A stretch of 63,798 nt of DNA, filler included, from Collodictyon triciliatum (taxonomy: Eukaryota), in assembly GCA_043381765.1 (NCBI GenBank). It is 15 parts of 15 records of this genome, joined end to end, with 100 filler letters (N's around TTAATTAATTAA, not from the genome) between each part and the next. Parts side by side here need not be neighbours in the genome. Positions count along the whole stretch, not along the records: positions 56,556 to 60,799 come from JBHJMP010006333.1; positions 60,900 to 63,798 come from JBHJMP010006411.1; 13 more parts are not named here. One strand, given 5' to 3'. This document shows, one piece after another, positions 57,376 to 63,798 of the stretch. The notes below the pieces were generated by a model that was given only the letters and a program-made list of their open reading frames with translations, was not told where the DNA came from and did no database searches. Numbering within the stretch: position 1 is the first letter of the stretch; each line of letters begins with the position of its first letter. The position numbers and the translations under genes were made by a program.

Positions 57376-60300
57376 CAGCGCTAAAAAGATGAAAAATTCG
57401 TCCTGTTTCTTTTTTTGTTTTGTTTTTGTTTTTGTTCTCGTTTGCGTATTTTCTTTTCGGAGCGGTATCTTTTTCTTAGGGACTTAATGAATATTTTCAA
57501 AGCAGAACCAAAGTCTGCTGTCAGCAAGTATGCAGGAGTCTCATCCTCGTCATCCTCATCCTCTTCTACCAGCAGTGATGATGAAAGCGGTATTCAAAAC
57601 CAAAAAGTTAGCGGAATGCGTGAAGATCGAGAAACCACGAAGCAAAATATACAAGTTACATCAAGTAATGGGAAAATGTTTTCAGCAAAAAAATCAATCA
57701 AACCATACGTAGCAATGAAAATAGAACAGATATTCATTTTGTGAAGATTGTACATCATGTCAGCATATTACCCTTTCATCATAGAATTTCAACAAAATAA
57801 AATTAATTACATTAAACCAAATTAATTTAGGCTCTGAATCGCAAGCCAAATCTTCTGATGAAACTGAGCGCACCAGCGGGAAATCTACAAAGAAATATTC
57901 ATTTGAAAATCGTCCAAAATCAGCTAGTAAATAACAACATATATAAAAATAATTATTGGTAAATGAATTAATATTGTGTTTAATATAGCGCTCTGTAAGT
58001 GATTTTTCTTTCAGGTTTTCATAATATATGATAATTTACTCATATTTTTACAAATCTCATAAAGAACCCAAGCCAGAGAGGAGTAAATATGTACAATCAT
58101 CGTCATCGACAAATTACAGCGATGAAGAAGACGATTCAGAGGAAGAAACGGATAAGGACGTCGAGGCAAAGAAACACGCCAAGGGATTTTCAAAATCGGA
58201 AAGTTAGGATTTGAACGATAATAGCATTTATAGTTCCGTCCAATTACTCATTTATCGTTTACAATAATATCTTTACATGCAAAGCTGTTTTTATTTTACT
58301 ATAATTCTATTCTTTAATAATCACGGAAGTCCTATACCGTGACTGTTTTTTTATACGTAATATGTTATAATTGTATTTTCATTTGTTGGTAGTGAAAAAA
58401 TTTGTTGCGGTGTCATCGTCTGATGAAAGCGATGAAACGAATTCAACTCCACGGAAAAAGCGAAGCCAATTACAACAATCACTTCATTCATCAAGTCACT
58501 CAAATTCGCAAACAGCAAAGCCCAAAAATGAGAACGAGTGCGAGCTTGAAATACCATCACACATGAAGCCATTCACTAAGGGGCCATATTATGAGCACAA
58601 CGAATCATTAAGCAATTTTGGTGTTCCTTTGTTAGCACAGCGCCCAAAAGAACATAATAGTCTTAATGTTCAAGATTCTTCAGAGCTGAAGCAGGCTAAT
58701 GCATTATCCATGTCCCAGACACATATACCGCTTTTGAGCCTACAGACAAGTTCGTCCATAGACATGGACTCTAAGAGAGATATATCTATCGGAGTTTTAT
58801 CTAAAGTAATGGAAGGCAGCACATCAAATGAATCAGCGAAATCTCAATTGCATAAACATGACTCGCTCGATCAAATCCGACCTCAAAATAGCTCACGCGG
58901 AAAAACAGGTAAACCAGAACAAACACACTACATAGTTTGCGTTGAGAATTAATTAACTTAATGACATATTTTTTTTTGCATCGAATAAAGGAAAATAAAT
59001 TACTGAAATAATTTTACATTTCAAAATAAACACATTGCACTGGATTTACAATTTCCTGGTTTGATGATTTATCATCAATCATTAGTTATTTCGGCTTTGA
59101 TGAAGTAATTTAGACAAACTGAATTTGTTAGGAGTCTTCAGATCAATCAGATCGGTAAATCAGAGCTCCTCTTTTCCTGACTCTGCCGAAGACCATACCG
59201 GATTCAAATGGAATGACACGAACGAATTAGACTTGAATGATTGCAAGTTTCTCCTTATTCGATCGTCGAGAATACGTTTTTTTTTTATTATTCCAATAAT
59301 ACTTTGTTTTCTTGGTGGATAATGCAAATCTATGATTTTTTTTTGAAACACCTCCTCAATCTACTCAGTGGAGAAGTTGATTCCGTCACAAAAAATTCGA
59401 GAGACAATACAAACGAATCCATCATTTGATGTGAAGTCTGTCTTGTGGAAATCGGTAAGGAGTTCATTTCCCCCTATTCATCCATCCTGTCGAAGCAGTA
59501 CATGCTAGACATATTTCATGATTTTCCAGGATGATTCGTCCGATAAAGGGAAAGAAAGTCTTGGGGCATATTACGGAACAATCAACAAAGGCAAGAAGCA
59601 TGGTTGGGGGATTTATCGTTGGGCTGATGGAAGAGAATACCGTGGCGAGGTAATGGCTTTCATTGATATCTTACGGGACAATTGAATACATGGCATAATT
59701 GTTATAACCATGCAACCTATGCCCTATTGATTGTGCTGAAAGTGGGTAGATGATCTAATGGATGGAATTGGAGTTTATACCTGGCCGCGTCAATCACCAA
59801 AATTACATACTATAATTAAAGTAAGGGAAACAAAGAAGCTATTTTGAAAAATTTCACCATATTCACATCTACTTTCATATTGCAAACGTATATCATATAA
59901 TTTCAACTCATTTATCTTAATTATATGCTAATATGATTGAGCAAAAAAGTAAAAATAAAAATTCTACTCTTTGATTCTCTTCTGAATTTCATGTTACCGA
60001 AGGAAGCACCAGGGCCGGTAAATATGGCAAGTGTCCAGTGCATTTACAAAGGCTATTTCAGGGTACTGATTTAACCTATATATTTTGCTCAGCTAAAAAG
60101 ACACTGGAAAACGAATTTACCAAAGTTGCAAATATGAATTAGTAAGCGCGTATCTCTGCTGCAGAGTCATTTTTATATCTTTTTATCTGAAGATCTGGTA
60201 TGTGTTGTAATTTACAAGGTCTTAACAAACAGAAAGGCCATATGGAAGGGATAGGACATATCACCGACGAAAAAGGGACCTTCTATAAGGGAGAATGGAA

Positions 60301-60676
60301 GGCATCCGAAATCTCTGGTGAAGGGTATTAATCGAAATACATATACGATAATCACCCTTAACCTCTCCATTTGAATCTTAAAAAATATTTGTCAAGATAA
60401 CTCGTTCATTCATATTTAGCACCCAAATATATCCATCATTCATCCAATATGTTAATGGATGCTTGGTTTTATCATATTTGCATATCGCTAAACTTGTCCA
60501 TTTCCTTTAAAAAATAAATTAATATTAGAGTGATTCAAAGTAAAGACAAGTCTGAGTATCGAGGGGCTCTTGTTAACAATAAACCACATGGAAAGGGCAC
60601 CATGAAGTTTGCAGATAAATCCACATATGACGGCATGTGGAGCGATGGATTCAAGGAGGGGAATGGGAATTACATG
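57064..60676 (+). CDS. MORN-repeat protein with long Ser/acidic disordered N-terminus, 3'-partial
   Basis: YYGTINKGKKHGWGIYRWADGREYRGEWVDDLMDGIGVYTWP, YKGEWKASEISGEG, YRGALVNNKPHGKGTMKFADKSTYDGMWSDGFKEGNG. Confidence 0.88.
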
Positions 60677-60924
60677 TATAAGCACCTGCCGAAAACCCAA
60701 AATATAACAATATAACAATATAACAATATAACAATATAACAATATAACAATATAACAATATAACAATATAACAATATAACAATATAACAATATAACAATN
60801 NNNNNNNNNNNNNNNNNNNNNNNNNNNNNNNNNNNNNNNNNNNTTAATTAATTAANNNNNNNNNNNNNNNNNNNNNNNNNNNNNNNNNNNNNNNNNNNNA
60901 AAAAAAAAAAAATTTATAAAACCG

Positions 60925-60962
<38 letters not shown>

Positions 60963-60981
60963 ACTTACGATAATTCTGACA

Positions 60982-63405
60982 CTGTCATCTTCCAGTTGCA
61001 CCATCTTTTTTCTCATGTTGTCAACAAATTCGGTAATATGGGCGAAATGATTCACCCATTCGTGTTGTTTTAAAGAAAGTGTGCGAAGTTTTAACTGATT
61101 TCGTGACATAAACTCAGAAATGAACCTTTTAATTTAGTTTGTATTATTATATGCAAAATTCAGTAATTTCAGCATGTATTTCTTTGGGCATAGCTATTCA
61201 CTACTTTTTCGCATAGTAGTATAAAAATGAATTGAAGCGTTACAAAAACTCACTTCTTGACTAAACTAGCATGAGTGTCATCTACTTCGTCGGCTATATT
61301 CACCTTAGTGTCTATTTTTTGCCAGTTTCTTTTGACCAAATCTAGAATCGTTTCTCGGTTATGAGATAGATTATAGTGGAAAGAGTCTTGATTTGCTTCA
61401 GAAAAAAGAATCGAAAGCTCATAATACAATGAGGACCATTCGGTTTTCATTTTGCTCTCCAATTCAATTATTTTTGACTTTTCTAAATCCAGCTCTTTGT
61501 TGAGTGATTCTAGAGCATCGGCATTAGCATATAAGTCTGGTCCAATGCTGCGCTCAATAAGTACATTATCTTGACCAAAGTTTTCTTTGGGGCTGGTGTC
61601 TGTGTTCGTTGAATCTTGCATGATTTGTGCAGGTAAATCAATCAAACCCCTGCTTTTACTTGCGAAGGAAGGGGGATTTAATCCATCTTGTATACTTTTC
61701 ACTAGATGACTCCAGCGTGTAACTTCAATATCTCCTCTGTGTATTGAGCAAATGGTTGTATAAGTTGATAATGGTCTACTAGAGGTAATAATATATATAT
61801 GATTTTCCCTACAATGCTCGCTCCTCTGGAGATATATGTAATGATTCACAAATGTATTGGTAAGTTTGGTTCATCTCTTGTTTTTCTGCCTATAAATGAA
61901 GTCAACATCGTTTCTTTTTAAATCCGGGATGTCATCGCTTTATCTTGACCATTTCATTGTTATGTAAAAAGTCATGAAACAGTATTAATGCTAAGGTAAT
62001 TTTTATATGCTAAAGAGGAACTGTTGCTCGATATAGTATTGTTGGAACCTTAACAGTATGCTGAATTGATAAAGCTGTATTTCGTTATGATTAGATTTTA
62101 CGACTATATTATGGGTATAAGTAATATTCATATGTTCCAATAGGATGTGAATATCAGACTGCTATGACATTATCAGGTGTATGTAAGAGTGGAAATACTA
62201 ATAATAAAATTGAAATATTCAATTCAAACGATCATTAATCGTAAAATGAGCTGAAATTTGATATGTAAGTGGTTGATACCTTCAGATAGGTGAGACTCCA
62301 TTCGCACGACCTTATCGTGTAGTTCCTACATGAAGTAATATTGACTTGGGAAGAAATTGTGATATATAAATAAAGATTATCTACATTAAAACATGATATA
62401 TCAGTGACGAAAATCATAATCATAATAATCATAATAATCATAATATTAATATTAATAACATAAACCTCATTTTCTGATAAGCTTTTCTGAAGCTTTTGGG
62501 AAATTTCTTTTCTTTCGGTTTCATAACGCGTGACCATAACTGTAGACATTTGCAGCTTTTGTTGTGGTTTAAAAGCAAATGTATTCAGCCACAAAAACAA
62601 AACAAAAAATAGGAGGTAATATAAATTGTTGGATTATGACGAATGAAATCTGACATAATTCGAGAGAGCATATGAGTTTCTAAATCAATCATAGAGCTAG
62701 TATTCTTTTAAAATAAAATTTTAAACAATTTACTTTATTCTTCAACTCCCCAATATCATTTTCAAGAGATATTATCTTTCGTTCCATGTGAATTTTTTCT
62801 ATTTCTTGGGGGGAGAGATTTGCCTTAAATAAAGAAAACAATTATTAGCTAACGTTGAATTTTATCAACACACCAAGACAGTTTGATTTGATAGGGGTTA
62901 TATCGAATCTGAAGGCGGTTCCTGATACGATCTTGAGCAAGTGTTAAGTTCTGATTCTTATTTTGAATCGAATAAAGGGAAAAAAAGGTATGCTTATAAT
63001 AATCGAATAATTATTATAATTGGATGAAAATATATCAGATATTCTCTGAAAAAATCATCACGATTGATCGATACATAGATAATGAGAAGAAGAAAAAGGA
63101 GGAAGGTTGGGAGTCTCACATCCTTTAGAGCCTCGGCCACTTCTGTCGATCCTTCCTTAAGGATGTCTAGACTCTCAGATACAGCCTCCCGGGTCTATGA
63201 ACACAACAATAATCAAGGCACAATTAGCGATGTGAAAGTGCCTGTTATTTTATATTGCTTTATGTTACAAGCGCAAGTAACGATACCTGCCTCAACACAC
63301 TGAAAAGCGAGTGCCCCATAAGTTAAAAGCAAGAATAAAAATAAAGGGCATATGATTTACTATCTCAGATATCTGGGTCCTCAACGCTGAGAAGGTGGAC
63401 CACAT
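60982..63405 (-). CDS. Coiled-coil protein, multi-exon, 3'-partial
   Basis: ATG at 63405 (MWSTFSALRTQISEI) then GT-AG exons such as TREAVSESLDILKEGSTEVAEALKD and ALESLNKELDLEKSKIIELESKMKTEW. Confidence 0.65.
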
Positions 63406-63696
63406 CGCCGTCTTGAAAGAATTGGCCTTTCACCCGACACGAAGCGCAGATCGCCTTAAGAGTGCAAGGCGCGTGTTCAATATAGTGGGAAAAAAAAAAA
63501 GAAGTTGGGTCTCAGGCTATATTTGATTGGAGTTTAGTTTTCAGCGCAATGCTTCAGTCCGCTATGTTTTGCTTCTTAGTAGATTTTATGAAAAAGAATA
63601 CGAAAGAAAAAAAGCACTGGGGGGTGGGGAGAAAATAAAAAAGAAAATAGTGTTTCATTTCGTGTTGATTTTTCTCGCCATGCGCCACCTCTTACT

Positions 63697-63798
63697 GTAT
63701 GTATGTATGTATGTATGTATGTATGTATGTATGTATGTATGTATGTATGTATGTATGTATGTATGTATGTATGTATGTATGTATGTATGTATGTATGT
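63697..63798. repeat. (TATG)n microsatellite
   Basis: Directly visible at window end. Confidence 0.95.

Overview
Eukaryotic (probably protist) nuclear DNA from a fragmented assembly. The window is 15 unlinked contigs of about 4.25 kb, roughly sorted by size and joined by artificial 100-nt spacers (44 N + TTAATTAATTAA + 44 N), so neighbourhood across spacers is meaningless. Genes are AT-rich and intron-dense (GT-AG, standard code); most contig ends fall in microsatellites, so many genes are partial. Genes recognised by manual splicing: FN3+ZU5 type-I membrane protein, decayed intronless protein kinase, fused PabA-PabB ADC synthase, a 985-aa internally duplicated multi-TM protein, a P-type PPR protein, SANBR/KIAA1841, an atypical Rab-like GTPase with a long tail, topoisomerase VI A (SPO11-3 type), ATG3, a coiled-coil protein, a CARMIL-like PH-LRR protein, a probable degenerate LINE, a >1000-aa LRR protein, a TBC1D15/17-like RabGAP and a MORN-repeat protein. 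The best novelty candidates are the tandem-duplicated membrane protein and the receptor with an apparently extracellular ZU5/HFS autoproteolysis module. All family calls are from motif recognition by eye; no searches were run.
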